Assembly (NCBI RefSeq): GCF_964204645.1
Contig: NW_027437434.1
Span: 1-64,000 of the forward strand
Length of the DNA stretch: 64,000 bases
Direction of reading: 5' to 3'
DNA from: Tubulanus polymorphus
Lineage: Eukaryota > Animalia > Nemertea
Below the pieces are notes generated by a model. That model saw nothing but the letters and a program-made list of their open reading frames with translations, had not been told where the DNA came from and did not search any database. A program made the position numbers and the translations under genes. Numbering within the stretch: the stretch's first letter is position 1; every line of letters starts with the position of its first letter. Positions 1 through 14,600 of the stretch are shown here, piece after piece.

Positions 1-228
1 GATAGAAAGCTCAATCCACACTTCCAGATATGTTATGAAATGAGGGTTTTTCAGCATAGTTTCAATGTGAAAATGTATATCTCATGATTATCAGTAAAAT
101 AACATGTGTAATCCACAAAATGATAGGCCTACCTTGTTTTTCATTCCCTGGCCAGGTCAGATAAAGTAACGGTATGAATTTAAGAAATAAGTTGCTGCCG
201 GGTGGGCCTAAAGTTAATACCTTCTTTG

Positions 229-1028
229 CATGGGCTTGCATGCTTGCAAGCCCATATTGCTATCACACGGATTGATAACTTGCTTGGGGAGTCGATAACT
301 TTCGTTAGAAACTTTATTGGGCTCTGATATTCACACGCATTTAATGCAGTAATAAAATCTAGGTTCCTTTCGTATATTGGCTATATCGGTTGTCGTTTTC
401 ATTGTTTTATGATTTTGTTTAATCGTTTTTGTTATTTTAGCAGCGCATACCAACCTTTGTTGAGTGTGCGTGATCAGTCTTGAAATTGGTATTCATGCGC
501 AGCATAGTGCTGCCGACAATTCAAGCCATTCTTTATTGACACAAAATTTCACAATAAAACATTTACTTTCACGTTTTTAAAAAATTAGGTTAATTTTCTT
601 TTACTTTCATTGGGTGCTTGCGTGAGTGGGCATTTGAAAAATCTCTGTATGAACATTTATATTTTTCAGTTTTTATATCTAATAAAACTTAAAACCGCTT
701 TTCTGTAAAATAAATTCTGAATTGAATTGAAGACTGGTTCCCTGTCTCTTCTTCAAAGAGCCAGGGGGCGGTAGTCTATGGTGGCAATAAACTTTATCGG
801 ATGATCGTTGTGGATTGTGATTTGAAGGAAATGCAACTTATTCTTGCTAATTGTCTTTATTATTAAAAAAAAAAATCCTGGCTCCTATCTATTTTCGTGT
901 TCTTCACCTGAAGTCACTCAAGTTAGTCACGTTTTTTCTTTGAGCTGTAAATCTTTCTATGCATAATCATTTCAACACAATCTGATAAGTAATCTAGCAA
1001 TTATCAACATGATGATAGATTCCGTTAA
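229..1028 (+). repeat. interspersed family A, copy 1
   Basis: Starts with hairpin ATGGGCTTGCA-TGCT-TGCAAGCCCAT; highly similar to 21968-22770 and 54769-55550. Confidence 0.85.
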
Positions 1029-1341
1029 CGTTTTTGGTCGGGCCAAATTTGGCCCGGGCCAAACAGGTTAGGGCCCATTTGGCACCCGTGTGAACAGTTG
1101 TTCCTGGCCAAAAATGCTTGTGTGATCGCTGCTCTTGTCTTGTATCTACTGAAGTTCCGGTACCCATAGCTAGTTTACTCCATGTGCATCATCGAAATGA
1201 TTGTGTAGGCTATATTTCTGTAGGCGTAGAGGGCTAAAAAATTATAACTTTAACCCTTTTTTCTTGAACAGAATAAGCAAAAATATATTTCGTAATTGGT
1301 TTTCGTTATGGTGCGCAAAGTTGAAAGCCGTGGGTTTCATA

Positions 1342-2463
1342 TTTTTGGTTTACCTTTGTCAGCAGTATGAGGTTGGCATTGAGCCAATTCACGTAAAATC
1401 GCGGTACGTTTTTTTATGTGAGCATTTCTTACATTGGTTCTCGGGTTAAACGACGTATAATCGATGCGATTGAAGACATGACGAACCTCTGTGGATGACA
1501 TGGTCAACTTGCGTATAAAATTGCAATGACCTCGATTGGGGGGCGTCGTCTCTATGAGCGAATGTGATTGGCTGTTTTTATACTGGGAATTCCGGCGCTA
1601 CTAAAATAATTATGGGCAAGCCATTTATGGCAAACGTTTCATTGGACTAGGTGCGAATTTTAAATGCTCATTGCTGGTGAGAATATAATTATTTCACATA
1701 TCGCCATAGGTATTGTTTCGTTTTGATACCCGATGATTGTGTTCATTGAGATTGAAGTGAAGCTAGCGTTCACTACACAAGGCCTCCACGTGCGCAGGAC
1801 GGGACTGCTAAACATTAGACTGTTGCACACTTAAACACACGCTCATACAGACTACTATATGGAGCTGCTGTAACGCTGCTTGGCGCATGCACGTTTGGTA
1901 TGATAACAGGCTGAATAATCGTCGTAGCAGAAGATGAGCGCTGTGTTTTCTGTTTGAAAGAATTTGGAATAAATTGTAATTTCTTGTGACCCGAAAATAC
2001 TAAGCAGCAAACTTTAGGTTTAGGTCGAGGTCTGAATATTGTAGTGGTAAATTCCAGGATTTAAAACCATCTAATACTACACCCCGATTTTTTAGCTTCA
2101 GCGGCCATATATTGGGAGAGGTTTCGTTTCCAAGACTCAATATTCAGCCACCCTCTGACCCTTAGACATTATATGAATTTTATTTGAATATTTTTTCATA
2201 TTGTGAAAAATAGTTTTTTGAAAATATAAAATAGTTTCCAATGCCGCGCCTACCTGTACCCTACGAAATTTTGGACTTAGACCATATACAAATGTTTATC
2301 TTTAGTCTTATTTGACTACAAAATAATTCTTTAAGAAAGATAAAATACAATATAAACTTCTAGAACTTTGAAATCACGAATTAAAAAGTTTTTTTCAAGC
2401 AATGCCCTTACTCCAAACAACCTCTAGCTTTCAAGGTAAACCACACTTTGCCCATGGGCAATT
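1342..2463 (+). mobile_element. Helentron/HINE-like family H6, copy 1
   Basis: 5' TTTTTGGTTTACCT; 3' AGGTAAACCA then hairpin TTGCCCATGGGCAA; sister copies at 50595-53392 and 62003-63253, fragment at 25432-25585. Confidence 0.75.
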
Positions 2464-3168
2464 TATTTGAGAAATTTACCAAAAAGTTTCCAATAATCGA
2501 TTTATTTGAGCACGTTATTTTATGCAGCATCTTTAACGGTCCAAAATTACACATGTGAAAATTCAATGCTATTTGCGTCGGAAGAACTTTATATCGCCAA
2601 GATACGACGCTTTGTTCGGTAGTTATGGGCTTTCAAAGACGTAACCCCTCAAAATCTTGGTTATATAAAATTTGTGTTTACTCAGTTTTGATTTCCATGA
2701 CGTCATAACATTGAATGAGGTGGGTCAGCTGGTGCGCGTTATTTCACAAACAAAATGGTGAACAATTGAATAGGTTGATATCATCATTTCTAGGGCGAAT
2801 ACTGATATTCAAGGTGTATGATATGACGATTTATTGTGTGCGATGTGTTCAATGATTCATCTAGTTTTGATATCCCGTGCATAAGGAAATGTTGCATCAA
2901 GATATCTGACAAAATTCTGGTTTCAAAATGCGGAAATTTACTTCCGTGTTCGCCACACGGCTGATTTACTGGTGATAGCATCAAATTTTTAGAGATGAGT
3001 CTGATATTTATACGACTGGAATACTTGGTTTATCATCACTAATTGAAGTCATTTTATTGATGTTCGCATTAGCAATACATTTTGGAGCCTGATTATTTGT
3101 ATTAGTATGTTAACTGTGGCACAGTGTTGGAAACAGTCGTGTACAGTCGCGTAGGCAATATCACCTTA

Positions 3169-3605
3169 AGGTAGGGGCACACGAGCGTATTTTTTCGCCC
3201 GATCGCGGCAAATTTATAAATCGCCCCAAACATTCGCTCGTGTGGCCACTCACAGCGACGACGATTTCGTCGGCCAACTCGATCGCCCGGCGAATCGCCC
3301 GTATCAAACATGTTTGATATTTTCGGCCGATTATTTACGCCGTCGATCGGATCGCCCGCAAATTCGCTCGTCTGCCTGCACTCAGCGAATTTCGCCGAGC
3401 GATCCATTTTTATCAACCAATAGGATGCATTGTTGATATCATGTGATTCGTTAACTCTCTCCCTCTTAGTGCCATTCGCTGACCGAATTTCGGTTTGATC
3501 GCTATGTGTGCCCGCTCGTATCGGGCGTATAATTTCGTCGGCGAATTCGCTGGCGAATTTAATCGTCGCGATCGGGCGAAAAAATACGCTCGTGTGTCCC
3601 TAGCT
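3169..3605. mobile_element. PIF/Harbinger-type MITE
   Basis: About 40-bp TIR AG(G/C)TAGGG(G/A)CACACGAGCGTATTTTTTCGCCCGATCG, TTA on both sides; GC-rich; the homologous host at about 39780 lacks it. Confidence 0.85.
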
Positions 3606-3821
3606 TTATACTCTCGTGTTCACTGCATGTATATGTGTATGAGTTAGAGATAACGCGTCCGACGGTGTATCGCGAGTAACGACAATTTGTCTGAGTGAAA
3701 ATGTAAACTACTTAAATCCTATCGTAAAATTATTAAAAACCATGATCCAGTTCCACAGTTGTGAGTTAAAGTTAACTCTGAGTTAAAATTAGTTCATTTT
3801 CAATGAGTTAACTCAACGAGT

Positions 3822-4246
3822 TTTAAGGACATTAGTTATACTGTATGGTCACCAGGGGGCGTTGAATAGTAGAATAACTTAGTTTTTCCTTATTAGATTG
3901 GTACCTATGCATATTTTGTTACCATGATCAATTGCAAAGTTGTAGTTTATGACATGTTCTATTATTGTGGTGAGTTTCAAGGTCATTGGGTTTGCATATG
4001 GTCACCAGGGGGCATTAAATAGTAGAATTACTTAGTATTTCCATATTAGATTGGTAACGAGGCATATTTTGTTATCACAATCAATTACAAAATTGTAGCA
4101 GTTGACATGTTCTATGATTGTAGTGAGTTTCAAGGTCATTGGTTTTTGTATATGGTCACCAGGGGGTGTTGAATATTGAAATTGTTAGATTGTTGAGCAT
4201 TGGAAACCACTTCCCAAGTGGGCATGGTGTCCCTGGACCCCTTGTT
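3822..4246 (+). mobile_element. HINE-like family H1, 3' fragment
   Basis: About 2.5 repeat units plus the CCCAAGTGGGCATGGTGTCCCTGGACCCCTTGTT end. Confidence 0.75.
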
Positions 4247-5519
4247 ACGTATGACAATTTGCATGCTTGGAATTGAAATATATAAAACCTCAATCCTTCC
4301 TGGAAGTGTCGCCATTTTTAGTTCGACTGATCTCAATGTACTTTTCAACCTACAAGCCCTCACTTAATAAACCCCCTAAATTTCCTCGCTTCTATTTATT
4401 TGAGTTGACCTTGTAACCTGAACTACAATGAATGTGATTGGCTGTTTGTGGGATGTACGGGAAATTCCGGGGATTTCAGCGTTTCTGATGTAATTGGGAA
4501 AGCCCATTGGGAAAGCCTAATGTGAAACCCAAAACAAAATGGCGAGCATTTTTATTCGACAGGTATCGTTCGTTTGCTTATAATTTGTTCGTTGTCACGA
4601 ATATAAGCGAGTAGGCTATTTAATTCAGTATCTGAACTAGCAAGTATGACTATACCGATGGCGGGGGTCTTCCAAGTCGGTATTTATTTGTATATTTAAG
4701 AAAAAAATCATAGCCGGTATTTGTTTAGATTTCTAGAAAAAAAAAAACTGTATATGTTTGTATTTTTTGACATTTTGTGGATGGATGGATTCTGACTTGT
4801 GAAATTTCGGTCAATCTAATACTGCGTCGCTAGTACATTTGTATATACGCTCGTAAGCAGTCAGCCGTGTGTGTTTCGAATATAGGTTACAGTATATGGC
4901 TTGTTAGCAATCACCTGAGCGAGACTATGTATAGCACAGTGACTCGGCAATGATAGTATACACAGCACTCTCACACAATCGCAGGTGCATAATTGTCAGC
5001 CTCATACATCTTCAATCCAAATTAATCTATATTTAGTATAATATTTTTGACAATATATGCACTCAATGATTTAATGGTGAGCCCAAATTAATCTATATTT
5101 AGTATAATATCTTGACAATGTATGCACTCAATGATTTAATAGTGAACCACAGGGCCATTGGACCTTTATTTATATTTTTTTTCTTGTTTAATTTTCAATG
5201 AAATGAATTTTTGCATACCGGTAGCCTACGTGACAGATTTTTTGCTTCACACAAGTTTAATGAGCCACTGGACCATTGGTCCTTTATTTTTGAAATTGAA
5301 TCAGAATTAGTCTGTAGATATATGGTAATTTAGATTTTGTTCATGCAGATGATATTAATTTTTTCTTGGATTTAGAGAATATATTTTCATTTATTTAAGA
5401 TTTTTAATTCAAAGCACTTAATTAGTATTTTCACGTGATTGAATCATCACTTCCCATTCTAATGGCGTTTCTTTGATATTTACTGAAGCTTATTTTAAGC
5501 CACGCTAGTTAGGAATTAT

Positions 5520-6250
5520 CCTGAACATGTTGTTCGCAATCTAGGCGTGTTTTTCGACAAGTCAAGTCACTAGCTATGGCTTCGCATGTTACAGTTGTCA
5601 CTAAATTATGTAATTATCACTTGCGGAATATTTGTCGCATTAGGAGTTACCTGTCTAAAGATGCTGCTCGGTTAATTGTTCATTCTCTAGTTACCTCAAG
5701 GTTAGACTACTGTAATGCGTTACTGTTTGGAATTCCAGATCATCAATTACATTTACAAAGAGTTCAAAATTCAGCAGCTAGAATCATTACTAGGAGGAAA
5801 CATAGGTAACACATTACTCCTGTGTTAAAGATTTGCATTGGTTACCAATTAGATACTGTATAGTGTACAGAATAGCTTTATTCGTTTTCCGTGCTTTACA
5901 TAACCAGGCTCCAAACTATCTCGTAAACATGCTTCAGATATACCAACCTACCAGTCCTGAAGATCATCTATAAGTCACAATTTACTTGTAGTGCCACGTA
6001 CTTTTAACAGATTTGGTGATAGATCTTTTAGAGTTAATGCTCCTGATGTGTGGAATATTTTACCAAGTTCTCTTAGATCAATTGAAAAGGTTAAATGTTT
6101 TAAAAGATCATTGAAAACACACTTTTTTAAGCAGACTTTTAGTTGTTAATTTTACAATGTCGTTGATTTGTACTTTAATTGGGTTCTCGCACGATTTTAT
6201 GTATGGCTTTAATCTTTTTAATGTATTTCTTTGTAAGTGCCTTGGAGCCT
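5520..6250 (+). mobile_element. L2-clade LINE, 5'-truncated 3' end of the RT ORF
   Basis: VRNLGVFFD...HLRNICRIRSYLS...LVTSRLDYCNALL...LQRVQNSAARII...HITPVL...LHWLP, with frameshifts. Confidence 0.88.
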
Positions 6251-7719
6251 TTTTTAAATAGTTGAATAGTTGATGTACCCATGAAAATTGGGAAAAACAG
6301 GAAGGTGGGAATGATGTAACATCTGGCAATCAAACTAGACCTACAGGCGTACTTGAATAGTATTTGACAAACAGTAAGAACTTCGTACCATATCCTATAA
6401 TTTTCAGTGGAAAATTGTTTTTGAATAAAAACATAAAAAGGCCAGCCTGATGGAAATATATCATACTTCATACTTTTTTATGGAATAAATAAAAATAAAA
6501 TGCTGCCTGGTTCACTTTTGGCATACAGTTTTCCATAATAAATGAGAAACAAGGTATCATTTCCAACTTTAGCGAAAGATAATTAATATCGTCATAGTTC
6601 TGAATAATAAATTGTAAGTTTGACACCCTCTCACATATCAGTTTGTTTATGTCAAATTTTGCTTATGTCAACTCTAGTCATCATTTATGAATATCTAATG
6701 AACATTTTTGAGACAGATAAGACAAAACCGAGCGGAATAGGGTTAGAGTTGAAGTTAAGAGATATACCGAATTAGTTCTGAAACTGAAAAGGGCCAACCT
6801 ACGAGTCGTATGCTCCAGATACTTTAGCAAAAAGGCCGACCTGCGAGTCGCATGCTTGGTCATACAATGAATAACTAATAATCAGGATTCGGATTTAAAG
6901 AGACGTTCGACAAGGATTGCCCCACAGCTTTCTATACTCTCTTCAAATTATGCACAGTATCAACTTGTCGACCAGCATGAAAATGCAACTTTCTGCTGAT
7001 TGTGGTATCGGAGGAGAATAAAGGATCGTCTATTCGTTTCAGATGTCTCGGAATCCCAGCAGGAGACTTTGTTGAGGAATAATGCCAATGGGAAATAGGG
7101 CAGTTAATGGAAAATACACCTTCATCCTATCATGAGATATTGTGAATTTGCACTGATGACAAGTTTTCCGGATTGTTAAATGTTCAGAAGTACACGAAAC
7201 AATAAGACCCTAGTGCAAAATGTTACAATGGGACATCTCAGTCAAATTGATTTTAACAATTATTCATCAGATTCAATCAACCGCTTTGGAAACTATGAGG
7301 CATTGCAATAGCAATGCACCAATTATATGTAATGTAAATTTGAATTTTGATCGTGAGGTTAGATCAGAAATTACTGTCAAAAGATCCTAATGATTGCAAT
7401 TAGATTTATCAGCATGGTATAGATTCACTGCTATTCAAGCATTGTTGACTCATGGGCATCTTTGATTTCAAGTATACATTATGTCTACAACATAATATAA
7501 TCATTCAACATTGAATGGCTTTGTTCAACCTTTATGAAGATATTCAATTATTGAGTTTCTAGAAGATCTTATACTCAGCTGTTGGAAAAAATGCCACCGG
7601 TAAAAGTGCCACCAACGATTTTTTTTTTCAACAGTTTAAAATGAACAAATAATGATAATAATTCCACAGTTTTTTTTTGAGACAGACTAATAATTTGTAA
7701 GATTAACAAGTAATGTACA

Positions 7720-9733
7720 TTTTTAGCCCACTTATGACTTAAATCCCAGTGAGCTATTGCGTTCACTTTTCGTCTGTTTGTCCGTCCGTAGACTGAATCC
7801 AGTTATTTTTGGAAGTTTTGAAGACGCTTCAAGGTAATGTCTTGATATTTACAGGGTTCGTCGCGGGCAGTGAAAGCAGTGAATAGCAGCGAATTGAAAA
7901 AAATCTATTCACGGCTGTTAATAGCAGTGAATTTTTTAGAAAGGCAGTGGAAATGGGAAAGGGGGCAGTGAATTTTTAAATGTGTTCAATTTTGTCTGAG
8001 ATTGGCAATTTTAAAATGTCACGAGAAATTTCGTTGAGTTTCGAACAAAAAAATATACCGACGATGTCATGCCGACGGCAATTCAATTTCATTTTATTCA
8101 TTGGTGTTGTGACTATCAACGTGCCAACCAATTCAATTCAATTTTATTCACGAGTTCATTTTTATGGTTGCCATTGCTACCAGGTCCAGGCACCTGTTTC
8201 ACAAAATTGCAAATGGCGGTGGTTTGCGTTCGGATTTTTTAAAAATCTCTGGCCCGTTACACTGTGGGAAAATGTACATTTCAAGATCCATGGCTTCATC
8301 ATCCGGAGTACCGTAGCTGGATTGAACGTGTTCCGAATTGTATTCATAAGTTTAGATGTAGAATTTGCATGAAATCTAACGAATTTGGAGCCGGTGGAAG
8401 TATTATGCGAATATAATTAGTTGGTGCTTTTTGGTTCTTCAGCAGGTGTTTGATTGTTTTGGCTCTATCCGTAGTCTTGTTTTGGCTCTATCCGTAGTCT
8501 TTTGGTAACATGTCTTTACTAGGTAGCCAAATGGCAGTGAATTTGACTTGGCATCATTGGCAGTGAATAGCAGTGAATTTTTGTCAGCAGTGACACAATG
8601 AACCCTGTATTTAGTCTATACAAGTATCTACCCTAGACACATCTTCAGCTCAAAAACTGGCCCTGTCAGAATCAAGATGGCCGACTGGCAGCCATTGTTC
8701 ACCATAATCAGCACTTTTTATGCGTTTTTGAACTTTTTGAGGGAAATTTTGAAGACCCCTTGATCAATTACCTTGATCTTTCGTATATATTTGAACCCCC
8801 ATCCCCCCAGGGCCATCAGCATAACTTGGGTCGATCGGACTCAAGATGGTCATCGTAGGACCTTTTAAGTGCCCAAAAATATCAATTTTGGGCCGAATTC
8901 TGAGTCCTGAAGCTTCCTACTGGTTTGCCATTTCTCATTGCAATTGCTGATGGGTATTCTTCGGAAAGGGATGTTTTATACCTGTGACAGGTATTTTTGA
9001 TCAGCCAATTATGACGCAGTTGGTGGCCATCTTGGTGTCATCAGTACTCATTCGTAGGTGGGAAAAAGTTTTTCGACACAATGTTGATACCTAAGCATAT
9101 TTTTTACGACAATGAATGAGAAAGTTGTAGCTTATAACGTGTTCTATGATTGTGGTGAGTTTCAAGTTCATTGGTTTTTGTATATGGCCACCAGGGGTGT
9201 TGAATAATACAATATCTTTGTATTACTTTTTAATATTTGTACCAATACATTTTTTTTTACCACAATCAATTGCAAAGTTGTAGCTCATGACATCGTCCAT
9301 GATTGTGGTGAGTTTAAAGGAAATTAGTTATTCTATGGTCACCAGGGGCATTGAATAGTAGAATAACCTAGTATTTCCATATAATATTGGTACCTAGGCA
9401 TATTTTGTTACCATGATCAATTGCAAAGTTGTAGTTCATGACATGTTCTATGATTGTAGTGAGTTACAGGGTTATTGGGTTTTGAATATGGTCACCAGTG
9501 GGCGTTGAATAGTAGAATAACTTAGTATTTCCATATTAAATTGGTAATGAGGCATATTTTGTTATCACAATAAATTACAAAATCATGGCTGCTGACATGT
9601 TCTATGATTGTGGTGAGTTTCAAGGTCATTGGTTTTTGTATATGGTCACCAGGGGGCATTGAATATTGAAATTGTTAGATTGTTGAGCATTTGAAACCAC
9701 TTCCCAAGTGGGCATGGTGTCCCTGGACCTAGT
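7720..9733 (+). mobile_element. HINE-like family H1 with GTCC microsatellite and about 153-bp internal tandem array
   Basis: 5' TTTTAGCCCACTT, (GTCC)n, 3' AAGTGGGC plus short hairpin GTCCCTGGAC; array at about 9100-9700. Confidence 0.8.
7852..8607. mobile_element. hAT-like element with 6-bp TSD, nested in H1
   Basis: CAGGGTTC ... GAACCCTG termini, GCAGTGAA subterminal repeats, TATTTA on both sides; empty site in the H1 copy at about 35540. Confidence 0.75.
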
Positions 9734-11678
9734 TTGATTAACAAGTAACATACAATGATTTTTTTAAAGTCTAAACAAACAAAATGATAATAATTCCACA
9801 GTTTATTTTCACACAGACTAATAATTTGTTACGGAGTTAGGATTAGAGTTAAGGTCAAATTTGCATCGAAACTTGAACTGATTGATAATGGAAATATACA
9901 ACATAATAGTTCTATAATGGGAAATATACAACATAAAACCAGCCACAAACTAAAGAAATTTAAAGTGGGGAAACTTAGGGATACTAAAATATAGCCAAAT
10001 ACAATAGTAAGTTGGAAATTCAATAGAAACATCATTGACAAAATGACTGATAATTACAGTCAACTTAAATCTATGTATGTAAATAATTTTTTCCCGGTGG
10101 CATTTTTTCCTTCTATACAAAAAGTGGCATTTCTACCGGTGGCATTTTTTCCTATGTAGCAAAATTTGGTGACATTTTTACCTACAATCGGTCATAACTG
10201 TAAGCAGCTGAGTTGAGTAAAAAGCTGAAAATACATGAATCGAATGTGTACAATCTCCTGCCATATTAATACTATTAAAATCTATAGAGCCATTTTCTAA
10301 ATTTGACCTTAATGGTGCGGTTTACAAGTGGTGCTTTTAAAATGCTACTAGTCCTACAATCATCTGATCATGACGAAACTTGGTATCATGCAGATACTAT
10401 GGGCAAAGGGCTAAAAAGTTAGAGCCGTTTTCCGAATTTGATCACTAGGGCGTGCTGTGCAAATGTTCCTTGTAAAATCGCTGCTTGTTTACTGTACAAA
10501 AGCAACAATCAAAAACAACAATAAAGCTATTTTAGATTGTAATTGAATTTTGTTAGCCCATCCTCGCTTGCCAGAGTTTTGATTGCCTGGAGAAGCTCAT
10601 GCCTAAACCAACCATAGACGCAAACCCTTCAACCCATCAATTATTATACCGCCCAAGATTTCTTTGATGAACAGTTTGCCGCTCCGCGTCCTCAAGTCTA
10701 GCCAATTCTTCGGATGTTTTATTTTTCTCCGGTAGGTTCACTCTATCAATACCACACTGGTTAGATCTATAGCGGCCGCTAAGAGGCAACCTCTCCGCCC
10801 AATAAATCATGGGCAGTGTAATAGACCAATAAGGTAATCAAACCCTAGCAAGCGAGGATACTTTTAGGCTACTCAAGTTATTGAAGTAATGTAACAATAA
10901 TGGTATATTTTAGCTATCGTTTTGAATCTAAATTTATGTTGTCTAATTTGTCTTATTTGAGTGAAAACACAATTCTGGGTGGGATAGGCCTGCAATAGCA
11001 GTCAAGGCATAGGTGGTAATTGACATATTCAAGATCACATCCCGTGAAATAGCCAATTAGAACTTGTAATAGTGTTAACTGCAAGAGGGTAGGAGAGTCA
11101 TAGGAGAAGAGGGAACTTCAATTCACTAATGAAATTGACGTCCTATAAGTATTCTGAAAACAATGATCACGAACGGTAACATCACTAAGTATAGGCTGCT
11201 GCAGTTAGTCTTCATATCTAGCAATTGATGCTTTGTGGTAGACTAAGTATTTTGAATTGACTTGATGCCTTTCTAGTATCGGCGACAAGGAGAAACGCTG
11301 AAATTTGCGGATGCTAATTAATATGACTGCCAATGCGGCACACATTGAATGGACCTGACCAATTCAATTCAATACAAGAGAATGCGTACAACAAAATAAA
11401 CCTTTTGAATATCCAAAGAGAATTCATTTCCACAGACAAGACAACAAAGTGAAATTATTTGAAATGCACACATATTGCATTTTTTACTGTTGTATCCGTG
11501 TGTACCAGTCAAAATGACTGGCATTCTGTATTTTAGTTTGAACATGTTATTTCGTGAATAAATGCCGAGTCCAGATATTTTTTTCCCCAGGGGGGTGGGA
11601 GTACGGAATACCTGAAGCGTCATAGCGATTGCCAATCACTAGTAGTATATTCCCACTGGTGTTGTCTGATATAAGTGA

Positions 11679-14600
11679 TTAGGGTTTTCTGTTTCTTCAC
11701 AGAAAACCCTATTGATATTCGCATGATTATTAGGGTTCTTGCTGCTTTCGCAGAAACCCTCTTGTAATTCTGTTGATTAGCCTATTATTATTATTACAAA
11801 TTTTCCACTTTCCAGCCAAAATTTATTCATAAAATGTAACTCCTCTCAGATTCGACCACTAACAGCTTATAAACGTAATTTTCATTTCTGTCAGAAATAT
11901 AACTCAGTGCCTGACCATTTCGAATTTGCGTATAGTAATTTATTATGAATTTATTCCGTGTAATTACCGGGTCTAAACAGCGACAAGAATAACGCAAAGC
12001 ATTATCATCCATTGATAAAGTACATCCCGCAAAGCCTACAAATCACCGGACGACCTCGACCGTCAAACTCGACCGTATATCGCGAATTCAGACTTACAAT
12101 TAGTCCGGATCCGTCATTTACTGCGGACAATATGCAGCCAACATGGTGGATGGTTGAAATCATTATTAGCTTAATTTAATCGCAAATTTATGTCGAGTTT
12201 TAGGACTTTGATGAACTATGATCCCTAGAATTAGTCAATTGATTAATTCTATTAGTAAATCAATTTACGTTGGCTACATTTCCTGAAGATTTCTGGCTCA
12301 AATCAACGTAATATGGACAGAAATGGTAGGGATTTTCCTATGGAATTTTACTTCTGCGTTCACTTGACTACTCGGGTCGATGACGACAGCAGAGTTTATG
12401 CAATTTAAGGTGAGAATCCACTAACCAGGGAATGTTAGACATGATTTCTTGGTCTAACTGCAGTTGAGGTTACCTTTCCACTGGGTGGTGCTGTGATATG
12501 AGTACATATGATAGCAAATGAGTACTCGGCAAAGCAATGATCATTGTTGGCTACCTACTACTTGCCTAATGCCTAGCTTTTTTGGGGGATTCGCCTAGAA
12601 TAGATTTAGGCCATTAATGTAGTGTGTAGAGCCATTGGAAAGCCTTAGTAGTTAGTAAGGGACTCGTTTACATTTATGTAGGCCTATACGACTATTTATT
12701 TGGACCGTAACCAGATCCGGCAACATATACTCGATGAAGCAATGATCATCGTTGGCTAGCAACTTAACACCTAGCTTTTTGGGGGATACGCCTAGAATAG
12801 ATTTAGGCCCTAAATGTAGCGCGTAAAGCCAGTGGAAAGCCTAAGTAGTTGGTAAGGGGCTGGCTTACACTCGTGTGTACGACTATGTATTTCGATTCTT
12901 TCTTTCCAGCTATTATTATTCATGGAATGAACTGGTCACTACGGTCTTCAATTCCTTTGCCGATTCTTGCAGCTGGTGGGAATATATTTAAACCACAGTG
13001 TGCAAGTGTACGTTTCAAATTAAGCGTCTCAGATGCTGTTAGTACTTGACGTTTTGTGTAATTGTTTTTTTCTAATGTCATGTTTAAAATATTTGGATCA
13101 GTAATCAGTCGTGCTAGTGTACATGCAGAATTGGATTCATTGTTATTATGGGATGATAATTTACGAGCATCAAGAGTCCTACGATATACCCTTGATATGA
13201 AGCTTTTAAAAATTTATCAGAGACTTGTTTTGGAGTAAACCGTATAGCCCTTAAAATACCGAATCCACATGGCTTAACGGTCGGTGTCTATGCTCTGCGA
13301 GACAGTTGTAATAGATGTTTCACGGCAAACGCACGATTTAAATATTATACTTTCTTTCGCTCCTCTATTATATTACATAGCTGAGTAATTCTTACATTAG
13401 ATTGCTTATTTACAGGTGGAAAGAGGTCAGATGGCATGAAAATCGACTGTGACTGACTAAAGCGTTGAGGTTTCAAAAGATGTCGCCAAAATGCTTGTAT
13501 CATCATGGGTAGACAAATTATCCGATGATAAATGAAAACTTCACCTTGTTGATCGTCAGTTGATTTAGCTGTAATTATTTCGTCTGGATCAATCGACACA
13601 TAATTCATTTCAAAATCTGTGTTCAGTAGAATTTCTTTCAATAAAATAAGAATCTATTTGACTAATTATTTACTAATGTATTCAGGAGTGAATGGTAGGG
13701 ATTTTTAATTGATCTCAAAACCAGAGAAAGCATTCTTCAAAAATTCAGAAATTCCTAGACTCATAATCAAATTCTGTGAAGTCATTTAAGGTCTTTTGCT
13801 CGAATCAAGCCAAGGGCTCAGGTGGCTAAAATTCAATTCCTCACTGTCCTATAATGCCGAGTACGACGGAGTTTACACACTGAAAAACATTGCGCTGTGT
13901 AAGTGTAATTTGGATAAGTCAGCAATATAATGACGGCCCTGGCTCCATCTGAGACATAAACAAGTTGGACTGTATTGCTTCGATGCTTTGACAAATGGTC
14001 ATATGTTATGGGCTAGAATTATTTCGATGAAATCTTCGTACGCTTCCCAGTTCGACATATGAACCAATTAGGCAGAAACCCGTTATCGCTGCTATGCAGC
14101 TATATTTATTATTATTGTTATTTTTTTCCATACTTTTTTTGTCAAAAGTACAGGCTTTTTAACATTACCGAACGCCTACCGCACGTTTCTTGCCACGTCG
14201 ATTATCAATTCAAGCATAAATTAACAAATTTATTACCGAAAGATTGCACATTCAGCCGCCGTTTTTAAAAACTAGTTTTAACAAAAGCCCATTTTCCTCA
14301 TCAAATCATATTACCGATACTCAGGAAATTTACTACTTTAGATTTTAAAAGCACTGTCGAGCTATTTTTCTTTACTAAATTAACCGTGTATTTACTAAGA
14401 TTAATCATTAGAGTACCGGGGAGTCGTAGGCCTAAACTAAACACGCCGAAGAGATATAGTGGAGAAAAGCTGTTGTGTCGACGAGGTATCAAAATAAAAG
14501 AATATATTACTTTATTCGGCCGCTCCTATAGTACATACCGAACTTTGTCAAATGCACAAGGTATTTACTAAAATAAATACAAATGTAAATGTAAATACAA

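Noticed and set aside
3102-3436. GC-rich ORFs on both strands
   Set aside because: Largely within a non-coding Harbinger-type MITE; no recognisable protein motif
4539-4568. CAAAATGGCG...CAG|GTATCG as arrestin exon 1
   Set aside because: Phase 0, no arrestin-like residues, and follows sequence resembling the H6 repeat
12380-12415. ATGACGACAGCAGAGTTTATGCAATTTAAG|GTGAGA as arrestin exon 1
   Set aside because: Ends in phase 0 whereas the next exon needs phase 2; lies inside a repeat element
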